From Sphingomonadaceae bacterium (lineage in GTDB: Bacteria > Chloroflexota > UBA6077), in contig JBLNDL010000078.1 in NCBI GenBank assembly GCA_050261575.1, forward strand, positions 1 through 64,000: DNA of 64,000 bases. Direction: 5' to 3'. Of the stretch, positions 37,292-46,639 are shown one piece after another (within the stretch, counting starts at the first letter, position 1; each line of letters opens with the position of its first letter). The position numbers and the translations under genes were made by a program. The notes beneath the pieces were generated by a model. That model was given only the letters and a program-made list of their open reading frames with translations. It did no database searches and was not told where the DNA came from.

Positions 37292-38833
37292 GTGCACCTA
37301 TCCAGCAAGATCGTCCGCAACAGCATAGCCAACTACGGGGGGAACCTCGCTGGACTCGTCGTGGGCTTCCTGCTCACCCCGTTCCTCGTCCACTCCCTGG
37401 GCGACTCACAGTACGGGGCCTGGGTGCTCGTCGGCTCCCTCGGCAGCTACTTCTGGCTCCTGGACTTCGGCCTGGGGGCGTCGGTCACCAGCTTCGTCTC
37501 GCGGTACAGGGCAACGGGCGAGCAAGAGAGGCTGAACTCCGTGGTGGTCAGCTCTATCGCCCTGCTGTCGGTCGTGGGGTTGCTGTCGCTGGCCGGCAGC
37601 GTCGCCCTAGCCCTGACCGTCGACCTGTTCTTCCACCTGCCGCCCGAGGTCGTGCCGGAGGTGAGGGCGATGATCTACGTTACCGGCATCGCCCTGACGA
37701 TCTCCTTCCCCCTCGGCGTCTTCGGCGGCGTGCTGAGGGGCTACCAGCGATACGACCTGGTAAACCTGGTGGGAGCGACCTCGACGGTGGCGAACGCGCT
37801 GCTCTCGGTGCTGGTGGTGAAGATGGGGTTCGGGCTGGTGGGGCTCTCGGCGGTAGGGCTGCTGACGAACCTCATGGTGGGGGGAGGGCGGCTGGCTCTG
37901 GCGATGCGGCTCGACCGGGGCCTGCGGGTTCGGCCCTTCCTTGCCCGCCCCTCAACCCTGCGAGAGATAGCCGGGTTCAGCGTCTGGGTATTCGTCATCA
38001 ACGTCTCGGTGCAGGTCGTGTACAGGACCGCCCCAGTGATCATCAGCGCGATACTGAGCGTGGCGCAGGTGACGCCATACGCCATCGCCAACTCGCTGGC
38101 CCAGTACCTCCGGCGTTTCGTGGACCCTATCCTGGCGGTGCTTCTGCCGGCCTACTCGGAGTTGAGCGCGGTGCAGGACTCGGATAGGACGCGCCAGCTC
38201 TTCTTCGAGGCTTCGAAGGCCGTGGGAGCCGTCTCGATGCCGATGGCGATGGGATTGATGCTGCTCGGCAAGCCCTTCATCGGCCTCTGGATGGGACCCG
38301 GCTACGAGTGGGCTGGGACGCTGCTCTACCTCTTCGTGCCACCCATCTTCCTAAGCTTCCTCGTGGCCGCCGGGGACAAGCTCCTGTGGGCGAAGGGGAA
38401 GGTGAGGGTGAACTCCTACGTGGCGCTCGCGGACACGGTGCTGAACCTGAGTCTGAGCATCGGGCTGGCACACGTGCTCGGGCTCGTGGGGGTGGCCATG
38501 GCTCCCCTGCTGTCGGTGATGGTGACTAACGGGCTGTGGCTGCTGCCCTACATCTGCAGGGAGGCCGGGGTGCCGGTTCGCGTCTATCTATCCTCGGTGG
38601 TGAGGCCCCTGCTGATCGCCGCCGCGCCGTCGACCGCCGCCGTCCTGGCGCTGATGTGGTTGGTGGGGACAGGGGGGTACCTGCAGATCGCCCTGTTGGG
38701 TGCCTCCCACGTCGCCGTTTACTGGACTGTCTTCTTCCTCGCGGCAAGCAAAGAGGAAAGGGCAGGGTGGTCCGCGGTGGTGCGGAACGCCGTGGCCCCA
38801 TCGAGGGCGGGCAAAGTGGGAGGTCTGGCTTGA
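37292..38833 (+). CDS. wzx: Wzx-type flippase (MOP family)
   Basis: IVRNS, TPFLVHSLG..YG.W, LDFGLG, about 14 TMs; GTG start after AGGAG. Confidence 0.88.
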   Translation: MHLSSKIVRNSIANYGGNLAGLVVGFLLTPFLVHSLGDSQYGAWVLVGSLGSYFWLLDFGLGASVTSFVSRYRATGEQERLNSVVVSSIALLSVVGLLSLAGSVALALTVDLFFHLPPEVVPEVRAMIYVTGIALTISFPLGVFGGVLRGYQRYDLVNLVGATSTVANALLSVLVVKMGFGLVGLSAVGLLTNLMVGGGRLALAMRLDRGLRVRPFLARPSTLREIAGFSVWVFVINVSVQVVYRTAPVIISAILSVAQVTPYAIANSLAQYLRRFVDPILAVLLPAYSELSAVQDSDRTRQLFFEASKAVGAVSMPMAMGLMLLGKPFIGLWMGPGYEWAGTLLYLFVPPIFLSFLVAAGDKLLWAKGKVRVNSYVALADTVLNLSLSIGLAHVLGLVGVAMAPLLSVMVTNGLWLLPYICREAGVPVRVYLSSVVRPLLIAAAPSTAAVLALMWLVGTGGYLQIALLGASHVAVYWTVFFLAASKEERAGWSAVVRNAVAPSRAGKVGGLA

Positions 38834-39738
38834 TCACTGTGGGTGTAGCGGTCTTCAATTCGGCACGGGTGCTGCCACGGCTGCTGGACTCGCTGCTGAC
38901 GCAGGAGTATCCCAGGGATCAGTACGAGATCGTGGTGGCCGACAACGGCTCCACCGATGTGACTCCGGCTCTGGTGGAGCAATACGCCGCTCGAGGCCCC
39001 GTGAGACTGGTATGGGCCCTCCACCGGAAGGGGCCGGCCGCCGCGAGGAACGCCATCGTGGCAGCAGCCCGGGGGGAGATCATAGCATTCACCGACCACG
39101 ACTGCGTCGCGCATCCACGGTGGCTTGCGGAGATCGCGGCCGGCTTCGCGGAGCCCACGGTCGGATGCGTGGCAGGGGCGATCCTCCCTGGCGAGCAGTG
39201 GACCCCCACGGAGCGTTACTACGCGCGGCGGCGGATCCTGGGTCAGGAGACGGTGCTCGGCCACCCTGTCCTGCCGTATGCCCAGACGGCCAACGCGGCA
39301 TTCCGCAGAGAGGTCTTCGATCTGGTGGGAAAGTTCGACGAGGTCTTCGTGACCGCGGAGGACGCGGACATGCTGTGGCGGATGCAACTGCGTACGAGCT
39401 TCCGGCTGCTCTACCGACGAGAGGCGGTGGTGTGGCACCACCACCGTGGCAGCCCCCGTGGGCTGCTCCGGCAGGCCACCGGCTGGGGAATGGGGCACGC
39501 GCTGCTGAGGAAGAAGCACCCCGAGCTTGTGCCGCGCGACCCTGCGCGGCGCCTGTTTGCGGACTACCGGCGGATCATCGGACTGGCGGGGTTGACGGTG
39601 CGCCGATGGGTGGGGGTAAAGGTGGGAACAGTAGATCGAGATGCGCTGGAGGACGCCTTCCTCAGCCTGCTGTTCCACGGCGGCATCAAGCTGGGAAGGC
39701 TCAAGGGCTCCATCGCCAACGGGATCTTCTACCCGTGA
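38830..39738 (+). CDS. GT2 glycosyltransferase
   Basis: TTG start overlapping wzx stop; ADNGSTD, GPAAARN, FTDHDC, TAN, AEDAD. Confidence 0.88.
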   Translation: MITVGVAVFNSARVLPRLLDSLLTQEYPRDQYEIVVADNGSTDVTPALVEQYAARGPVRLVWALHRKGPAAARNAIVAAARGEIIAFTDHDCVAHPRWLAEIAAGFAEPTVGCVAGAILPGEQWTPTERYYARRRILGQETVLGHPVLPYAQTANAAFRREVFDLVGKFDEVFVTAEDADMLWRMQLRTSFRLLYRREAVVWHHHRGSPRGLLRQATGWGMGHALLRKKHPELVPRDPARRLFADYRRIIGLAGLTVRRWVGVKVGTVDRDALEDAFLSLLFHGGIKLGRLKGSIANGIFYP

Positions 39739-39872
39739 AACCGATCGGGCCAACCTCATCCGTTCGCCACGCCCGCGCGCCGCGTAGCGGGTCACGGCGT
39801 TGCCTCTGCCTCCTTCGTAAGCGCCCGCCGACCTCCGCCTTAACAAGCTGTCATCGCCACTGACCCCTACCA

Positions 39873-39904
39873 TCAATACCGCATTAACCGGATTACGCCA
39901 CAAT
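39873..39904 (+). promoter_or_regulatory. Direct-repeat promoter, site D
   Basis: TCAAT(39873)-N6-TTAAC(39884)-N10-CACAAT(39899); extra half-sites TTAAC 39840, GTCAT 39850. Confidence 0.55.
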
Positions 39905-39960
39905 TGCGCGCGCCTGGGATAGCCCGTGCCCGGAAGGCACTACTGGAGGCGAGGATCGGC

Positions 39961-40905
39961 TTGCTAGCTGTCACGGTAGCGATATGCACCGCCGGAGAGC
40001 GGAGGACACTCGAGGGGACCGTGCGGAGCCTGCTCGTGCAGGTACCGACCATCGCCGCGAAGCACCAGATTCTGGTCGTGGACAACAGCCGAGTGGACAC
40101 GGGCTTCGTCCGGAGGGTCGTCGACGCCGCAGCGATGCACTCGCCCATTCCGGTGCGCTACACCCGTGAAGCCCGGCCGGGGCTGGGCTTCGCCCGGAAC
40201 GCGGCGATCGCTGCCGCCGAGGGGGAGATAGTCGCCTTCGTGGATGACGACGTGGTCGCTGACCCATCCTGGCTTTTGGAGCTGGTTCGGGCCTATCGGG
40301 AGACGGGCGCCGCCGCCGTTGGCGGCAGGATCTACCCCATCTGGGAGAGCCGGAGGCCTCCCTGGCTGGGAGACCAACTGCTGGGGTTCCTCAGCATCGT
40401 CGACTACGGGCCAGATAGGAGGCGGTGCCAATACCCCAACTACCCCTTTGGGGCGAACATCTCCTTTCGACGAGATCTGCTGCTGAAGCTGGGCGGCTTC
40501 GCCACCGGCTTGGGTGGAGGCGGTGCACCGACCTACCTGATGGACGAGTTCGAACTGTGCCGGAGGGTGGAGCGAGCCGGAGGAGCCATCCTCTATGCCC
40601 CGTCGGCGGTCGTCGGCCACATCGTACCGGCATCACGGCTTTCGAAGAGCTTCTTCCTGAAGCGAGCCGTGAACCTGGGGCGAGCAAACGCCCGCATGGC
40701 GCTGAGCGAGACCGACGCCTTCTCCCGGGCGGCCGCGGCCAAGGGGCTGCTGCTGGCGGCGGGCCGGGTTCTCCGGCACGGGGCGCGAGCCTCGCTGCTT
40801 TCGGTGGCCCGCAGGGAGTGCGAGTCCCTTTCCGAGAGCCGTCACCTGGCATGGAACCTGGCCTGGATGTGGGAGACGACGCTGCTGGCGTTGGGGAGGG
40901 CGTAG
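39961..40905 (+). CDS. GT2 glycosyltransferase
   Basis: VAICT, VVDN, GLGFARN, FVDDD, GANISFR, DEFEL. Confidence 0.88.
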   Translation: MLAVTVAICTAGERRTLEGTVRSLLVQVPTIAAKHQILVVDNSRVDTGFVRRVVDAAAMHSPIPVRYTREARPGLGFARNAAIAAAEGEIVAFVDDDVVADPSWLLELVRAYRETGAAAVGGRIYPIWESRRPPWLGDQLLGFLSIVDYGPDRRRCQYPNYPFGANISFRRDLLLKLGGFATGLGGGGAPTYLMDEFELCRRVERAGGAILYAPSAVVGHIVPASRLSKSFFLKRAVNLGRANARMALSETDAFSRAAAAKGLLLAAGRVLRHGARASLLSVARRECESLSESRHLAWNLAWMWETTLLALGRA

Positions 40906-40906
40906 G

Positions 40907-41929
40907 GTGAGACTCTCGGCCATCGTCGCAACCATGGACCGCCCGTCCTACCTGGACCGGACCATCCGCTCCCTCCGTATGAGCCGCGTTCAGCCTCACG
41001 AGGTGCTGGTCGCCGACGACAGTCGCGGAGCCGAGACGCGAGAGTTGGTGGAGGGCTGGCAGGCCGAGTGGCCGGCGGTGCGCTATTTGGTAACGGAGAA
41101 GCGAGGCACCTCCGCCGCACGAAACCTGGGGGCCAGAGAGGCAACGGGAGAGCTTCTGCTGATCACCGACGACGACTGCATTCTCCACGAAGACTGTATT
41201 GGCCACGTGGTGGAGGCCTTCCGCCGGGACCCCGAGGCCACGTGCGTCACCGGCCGTGTGCTCCCCTACGGCGACGTGCGTGGCAAGGTGGCGGTGGCGG
41301 TCAACGGCGAGATGGAGCGCCGAGAGTGGCGGGGCAAGACCCGGCCCTGGGGCCTGGGACACAGCAGCAACATCTCCTTCCATCGCCAAGCGTACTTCCG
41401 CATCGGAGGTTTCGACGAGGAGATGGGACCGGGGACCGAGCTGTACGCGGCGGAGGACCTGGACCTCCTGTATCGGGTGCTGAAGTCCGGGGGCAAGGTG
41501 GTGTACGAGCCGGAGGCCGTGATCTACCACGACCAGTGGAGAACTCGTTCCCAGGCTCGAAGCCGCCGGGCGGACTACGCCCGAGGCGCAGCAGCCTTTC
41601 TGCTCAAGCACGCGATCCTCCACCGGGACCGCTTTGCCCTGCGGATGATGGCGTCTCGGCTGTGGCAGGACGTTCCGCAACTCGCTCTAATAGGACTGGC
41701 GAAGCGAAACCTGGAACTGGAGTTGGTAAGCATCTACCAGGCCAAGGGGCTCGTTGCCGGACTGTGGGTCGCCGGCCGCTTCTATGCCGGAAAGCGGTTC
41801 CGCGGCGCATCCTCCGTGGTCGAGGGGCCTGGACAGAAGCCCGCATGTCTCTCGCCCACCCGTGACGCCCGCATCCACAGTTCGCGGTCCTCGGTCCTGG
41901 CGGAAGGGCACGGCGATGAGCATGCCTAG
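40907..41929 (+). CDS. GT2 glycosyltransferase
   Basis: VADDS, SAARNLG, ITDDDC, GGFDE, AEDLD. Confidence 0.88.
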   Translation: MRLSAIVATMDRPSYLDRTIRSLRMSRVQPHEVLVADDSRGAETRELVEGWQAEWPAVRYLVTEKRGTSAARNLGAREATGELLLITDDDCILHEDCIGHVVEAFRRDPEATCVTGRVLPYGDVRGKVAVAVNGEMERREWRGKTRPWGLGHSSNISFHRQAYFRIGGFDEEMGPGTELYAAEDLDLLYRVLKSGGKVVYEPEAVIYHDQWRTRSQARSRRADYARGAAAFLLKHAILHRDRFALRMMASRLWQDVPQLALIGLAKRNLELELVSIYQAKGLVAGLWVAGRFYAGKRFRGASSVVEGPGQKPACLSPTRDARIHSSRSSVLAEGHGDEHA

Positions 41930-43049
41930 GATCACCTTGCTGTCGGCCGACTGCACCATCCACTCCCTTGCCAGGCCGCGGCTGCTGGCACGTATGCTGG
42001 CACACAGATTCGAGGTGGAGGTGGTGGCACCGGTCTTCCCTGGCGACCAGGACGCATACGCAAGCTCCAACTGGCCGGGACCATACGTGCCGGTCCCAGT
42101 AAGGCCATTTCCGGAGTTCGCTCGATCGGCAAGGAGGCTGATAGATGCGCTCACCGGAGACGTGGTCTACGCCTTGAAGCCAAGGGCGACCAGCCTGGGG
42201 ATCGCGCTGCTGGCTCGGCGCCAACGAAGGCTGCCGGTGGTGGTCGACTTGGACGACCGCGAGATCTACCACTGCTATCCATACAGCCACCACTTGGCGA
42301 AGAACCTGCTGCTATCCTTCAAGGAGTGGCGGCACCCCAACGCCTACCCCCTGACCCTGGCGATGGATCACCTGGTCCGGAAGGCTGATTACGTAACCTC
42401 AGTGTCCTCCTACTTCCAGCGGCTGTTCGGCGGGAGCGTGATCCCGCAGGCGGTGGACACCGAGCTTTTCGATCCGACCCGCTACGACCGGGAGCGACTG
42501 CGTAGCGAATGGGGTCTGGACGGCAATCGAGTGGTGTTGTTCATGGGAAGGCCGCTGCCCCACAAGGGGCTGGACGAGATCGTGCGGGCGGTGGGCATGT
42601 CGCGCCATCCGGAGGTACGGCTGGTAGTCGTCGGGGGCTGGACTCCCTACGTGGAGAGGCTGCGGGAGATGGAGCGGGTGGTTTTCCTGGGGCCGCAGCC
42701 GTTCGAGAAGTGTCCGGCCTTCCTGGCGATGGCGGACGCCGTGATGCTTCCCCAGCGAGCCAGTCCCATCTCCCTGGGCCAGATGCCGACGAAGCTGCCG
42801 GAGGCGATGGCGATGGGTGTCCCGGTGATCACCACCGCCATCTCCGACATTGCCGAGCAGGTGGGCGATTGTGGCATCGTGGTACAGCCCGGAGATGTGG
42901 GGAGTCTCGCCCGGGCGCTGGACCGCGTGCTGGGCGACGAGGACCTTGCTCGAAAGATGGGTGTGGCGGCACGCCAACGTATCGAGAGGTTGTACAGCAC
43001 CAAGGCCGTGAGACCCGCCTTGGAGAGGGTGTTCGAAAGGTATGTCTGA
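41916..43049 (+). CDS. GT4 glycosyltransferase
   Basis: VDLDD, FMGRPLPHKG, PTKLPEAMAMGVPVI. Confidence 0.88.
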   Translation: MSMPRITLLSADCTIHSLARPRLLARMLAHRFEVEVVAPVFPGDQDAYASSNWPGPYVPVPVRPFPEFARSARRLIDALTGDVVYALKPRATSLGIALLARRQRRLPVVVDLDDREIYHCYPYSHHLAKNLLLSFKEWRHPNAYPLTLAMDHLVRKADYVTSVSSYFQRLFGGSVIPQAVDTELFDPTRYDRERLRSEWGLDGNRVVLFMGRPLPHKGLDEIVRAVGMSRHPEVRLVVVGGWTPYVERLREMERVVFLGPQPFEKCPAFLAMADAVMLPQRASPISLGQMPTKLPEAMAMGVPVITTAISDIAEQVGDCGIVVQPGDVGSLARALDRVLGDEDLARKMGVAARQRIERLYSTKAVRPALERVFERYV

Positions 43050-44757
43050 CCGCGACGAGAAGGCCATGCCCACTGGAGCGCCAAGGGTCGCTGTGAGTGG
43101 CGCTATCCTCCCCTGGAAGGCCGCCTCGGAAGTGGCGCTGCTGATGGCGGTGCTCGTGGTGGCCGCTGCGGCGCGCCTGCACGACCTGGGCGGGAAGAGC
43201 ATCTGGCTGGACGAGGCGTTCAGCATCTACGTTGCCCGACAGCCGCCAGATCGCATCCTGGAGATCGTCGTCCGACACGACACCCCTCCGCCCCTCTACT
43301 ACTTGCTGCTGCACTTCTGGATGGGGCTGGGCGACGACGCCTTCTCCGTCCGGCTGCTGTCCGCGCTGCTGAGCATCTTCGCGGTGGGCGCCACCTACCT
43401 GCTCGGGCGCGAAGTGGGCGGGCAGAGGATCGCACTTCCGGCTGCCCTTCTCGTGGCGCTGTCGCCGTTCCAGGTGTGGTACGGGCAGGAGGCGCGGATG
43501 TACGCGCTGCTGGCCTTCCTCGGAACCACCTCCGCCTACCTGCTGCTTCGGGGTCTGAAGGGCGGGTGTGCCGCCGCGTGGGTCGGCTACATCGCGGCCA
43601 CCAGCATGGCCACCTACACGCAGCCCGCGTCGGCGTTTCTGCTGCTGGGGGAGGGGGTGGCGGCACTCTTGTTCCTGGGCCTCCAGATGAGACACCCTCG
43701 GCCGATCGCCGGAGGGGGGGAGCCGATCCCGTTTACCGCGAGGCAGCACGTGGCTGCCACGTCTGCTCCGAAGGGAAGCGAGGGATCAGAACGGATCGGT
43801 GAGGATGAGAGTGAGAGCGCTGGCCACGCCGTGTCGAGGCTTCAGGCCCCGCCGGATCGGACGGTGGGAGGCTTGAGGCGGCTGAGCGTGCCCTCCCGCG
43901 CGCGGCCGTGGCTGCTCAGCCAGATGGCGATAGCACTGCTGTGGCTGCCGTGGCTGCCGAACTTCCTCCGGCAGAGCCAGACCTACCAGCAGTTCTGGAT
44001 CGAGGTCCCCACCTGGTCATCCATCCAGACGTTGCTCTACGAGTTCACCAGCGCCTACCTGCCTCACTGGTGGCTGAATAGGGGGCAAGAGATCTTGATC
44101 GCGGGAGCCTTGCTGCTGGCACTCGTGGCGAAACGCAGGATCGCAGCACGGGAGTATCTCTTCCTCGCTACGCTGGTGGTGGTGCCGGTGGGCGCGATGT
44201 TCCTCGTGAGCCAGATCAAACCGATCTTCCTCTCGCGGGCACTCATATTCGTGGTTGCCCCCTATCTGGTGCTGGTGGCAGGGGGGTTGGCGTCCCTGAC
44301 GCGCTGGCGGGCGGGCAGCGTGCTGCTGGCGCTGCTCGTCCTGCTGAACATGGTCTCTCTGTATCGCTTGTACACGACCATCCCCAAGGAGGAGTGGGAC
44401 CTCGCCGCGCGCCACGTGACGAGCCAGGCAGAGCCCGGGGATCTCGTGCTGTTCGTGGCGGCGGACACACAGATCCCGTTCGACTACTACGCCGACCCGC
44501 AGTCCCATCATCTGGAGAAGCGGGGGCTGCCGGTGGACGTGTTCACCGTGGGGCCGCTGGAGCCCAGGGTACAGGAGGCTGACCTGGCCCGTATGGACGA
44601 ACTCGTGGGGAATCGAGAGTCCTTCTGGCTGGTGGACAGCCACACGGCGTTCGCCGATCCTGCGGGGCTCGTGCGGAGCCACGCGGCCGAGCGGTACCGG
44701 CTGGAGGGTGAGCAGCGTTTCGAGGGGATCACTGTGCTGCACTTCCGCACGAAGTAG
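43042..44757 (+). CDS. GT-C integral membrane glycosyltransferase (PMT/GT39-like)
   Basis: SIWLDEAFS, PPLYY, RLLS, LSPF..WYGQEARMY, multi-TM plus C-terminal external domain. Confidence 0.88.
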   Translation: MSDRDEKAMPTGAPRVAVSGAILPWKAASEVALLMAVLVVAAAARLHDLGGKSIWLDEAFSIYVARQPPDRILEIVVRHDTPPPLYYLLLHFWMGLGDDAFSVRLLSALLSIFAVGATYLLGREVGGQRIALPAALLVALSPFQVWYGQEARMYALLAFLGTTSAYLLLRGLKGGCAAAWVGYIAATSMATYTQPASAFLLLGEGVAALLFLGLQMRHPRPIAGGGEPIPFTARQHVAATSAPKGSEGSERIGEDESESAGHAVSRLQAPPDRTVGGLRRLSVPSRARPWLLSQMAIALLWLPWLPNFLRQSQTYQQFWIEVPTWSSIQTLLYEFTSAYLPHWWLNRGQEILIAGALLLALVAKRRIAAREYLFLATLVVVPVGAMFLVSQIKPIFLSRALIFVVAPYLVLVAGGLASLTRWRAGSVLLALLVLLNMVSLYRLYTTIPKEEWDLAARHVTSQAEPGDLVLFVAADTQIPFDYYADPQSHHLEKRGLPVDVFTVGPLEPRVQEADLARMDELVGNRESFWLVDSHTAFADPAGLVRSHAAERYRLEGEQRFEGITVLHFRTK

Positions 44758-44796
44758 GGGAACGGGTCATACAAAAGCATTGGGGGTACTCGAGAA

Positions 44797-46458
44797 TTGG
44801 CTGCTACTGCGACCAGAAAGCAGGCGCTTTCGACCGCACGCCGGGCCATCTTCGGTGACGTGGTGGCTCTTGGGACCATCCTGGCAACCTCAGCGGTGGT
44901 GGTCGCCTTCTTCCTGTACCGCGAGAACGCCGTGGTGGGCCGCCTGGGCATGCCGCTCGACGATGCCTGGATACACTTCCGGGTTGCCGAGAACCTTGCC
45001 ACGGGCAACGGCTTCTCCTTCAACCCCGGCGAGCCCACCTCGGCGTCCACGAGCCCCGCCTGGACCCTCCTGGTGGCGCTGGCGTACCTGGTGACTGGAG
45101 ACTTCGTGGTCTCGGCCGCCGCGCTAGGGGTCCTCTTCTACCTGGCGACCAACGCCGCCGTCTACTTCCTGGCGCGGCGCATCAAACCGGAACCCAAGAT
45201 CGCGCTGGCGGCGGGTCTCTTGGCAGCCGTGACCGGTAGGTGGGTTTGGGCGTCGCTCTCCGGAATGGAGACCACCCTCTTCACGGCCCTCACCGTGTGG
45301 GGGCTGCTGCTCTGGACGGGGAGTCCGGAGAGCCGGTCGTGGAAGTCGGTCGCCGGAGCCGCACTCCTGGGGCTGTCCGGTTTGGTGAGACCCGAGGGCT
45401 TCCTCCTCCTGTGCATGGTTATCGCGTCCGCGGCGCCGCCGCTGCTGGCACGGCGCAGGGCATCTCTGTCCGAGTTTGCACGGACACTGGCCCGTAGCCG
45501 GGCGGCCATCCCCATGGCAGTGCTGGGGGGGGCGCTGTTGCTGAGGCTCGCCTACACCATCGGAACGGGAGGAGGGCTGGCGGGGAACACCTTCCTCGCC
45601 CAGAGCCTTCCCCAGGGGGACAGCCCCTACACCGGGCCCAGACTAATACCCGACCTCTGGTACCTTCGATCGGCGGTGAAGAGCCTTCAGGCCGACGACT
45701 TCCTGCTGGGGTTGCTGATACCCCTGGGAATGGTCTACTGGATCCGTCTCGCGGTCGTGGAGAAGGGCGTACGCGAACTGAGCCTGCTGGGGTTGGGGTG
45801 GTTCGTGGGGCTGCTGGCCTTCAACTCCGTGATCGCCCCTAACCTGCGTCACCACGAACGCTACCTGATGCCGCTGATCCCGTTCGCCGTGCTGTACGGG
45901 AGCTTCGGGATCGCTTTCCTGGTGGAGCACACGGTGGGCGAGCGAGAGCTGCTGCGAGTTCCCCGCATCGAGCGGACGGTCACGGCTACGGCCCTGTTCG
46001 GCCTTGTGGCGGCCGCATGCCTCGGAGACGCGCTGATCGACGCCCGCCGGTGGGCTACCCAGTATGCGGGCGACGTCCGGAGCATCGAACTGATCAACGT
46101 TCGGCTCGGGGAATGGCTGAGAGACCACACGCCGCCAGACGCCTACGTGGCCATGAACGACATCGGTGCCATCGCCTTCATCTCGAAACGTCGAGTGCTG
46201 GACACCGTGGGCATCGCGGAACCCGGCATCCTGCCCTACCTCGTCGAGGACAGCCGGGAGGGGGCATTCCGGTACCTGCAGCAGAGGAAGCCAGACTACC
46301 TGGTCATCTGGCCGGAGTGGTATCCGGAGATGGCGGCCCGCAGGGATATCTTCGAGCCGGTCTATTCCGCCAGTGTCACAGACCCGCTCGTAGCCACACG
46401 AGACTCGATGCTGGGCGGGCGTGAGATGGTGGTGTACAGGGCCCACTGGAACCACTAA
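44797..46458 (+). CDS. GT-C integral membrane glycosyltransferase (arabinosyltransferase-like motifs)
   Basis: LDDAWIHFRVAEN, FNPGE, TSP.W, SGMET, RPEG, RYLMP, DIGAIAF. Confidence 0.75.
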   Translation: MAATATRKQALSTARRAIFGDVVALGTILATSAVVVAFFLYRENAVVGRLGMPLDDAWIHFRVAENLATGNGFSFNPGEPTSASTSPAWTLLVALAYLVTGDFVVSAAALGVLFYLATNAAVYFLARRIKPEPKIALAAGLLAAVTGRWVWASLSGMETTLFTALTVWGLLLWTGSPESRSWKSVAGAALLGLSGLVRPEGFLLLCMVIASAAPPLLARRRASLSEFARTLARSRAAIPMAVLGGALLLRLAYTIGTGGGLAGNTFLAQSLPQGDSPYTGPRLIPDLWYLRSAVKSLQADDFLLGLLIPLGMVYWIRLAVVEKGVRELSLLGLGWFVGLLAFNSVIAPNLRHHERYLMPLIPFAVLYGSFGIAFLVEHTVGERELLRVPRIERTVTATALFGLVAAACLGDALIDARRWATQYAGDVRSIELINVRLGEWLRDHTPPDAYVAMNDIGAIAFISKRRVLDTVGIAEPGILPYLVEDSREGAFRYLQQRKPDYLVIWPEWYPEMAARRDIFEPVYSASVTDPLVATRDSMLGGREMVVYRAHWNH

Positions 46459-46528
46459 GTAGGTATCGCAGGATGGGGTACACGTCTTACGCCAGACAAG
46501 TTGACATGAACTAGAGATACCTGCTCGG
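46455..46528 (+). mobile_element. 74-bp TIR repeat (MITE-like), copy 4; overlaps GT-C stop codon
   Basis: CTAAGTAGGTATCGCAGGA...CTAGAGATACCTGCTCGG. Confidence 0.72.
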
Positions 46529-46579
46529 CGGCAGTGCCAGCGGGCATGACAGAAATGAAAGCGCCTGTTTCTGACATCT

Positions 46580-46611
46580 TTCACCGAGGATTAACCCCTC
46601 CCTCGTAGTCT
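46580..46611 (+). promoter_or_regulatory. Direct-repeat promoter, site E
   Basis: TTCAC(46580)-N6-TTAAC(46591)-N10-TAGTCT(46606). Confidence 0.65.
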
Positions 46612-46639
46612 TGCCCGGGTATCGACGAGGAGCAAGGGT

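Noticed and set aside
46501..46506. TTGACA inside repeat copy 4
   Set aside because: No -10 hexamer at 16-18 bp; the GH26 promoter is better explained by the site at 46580
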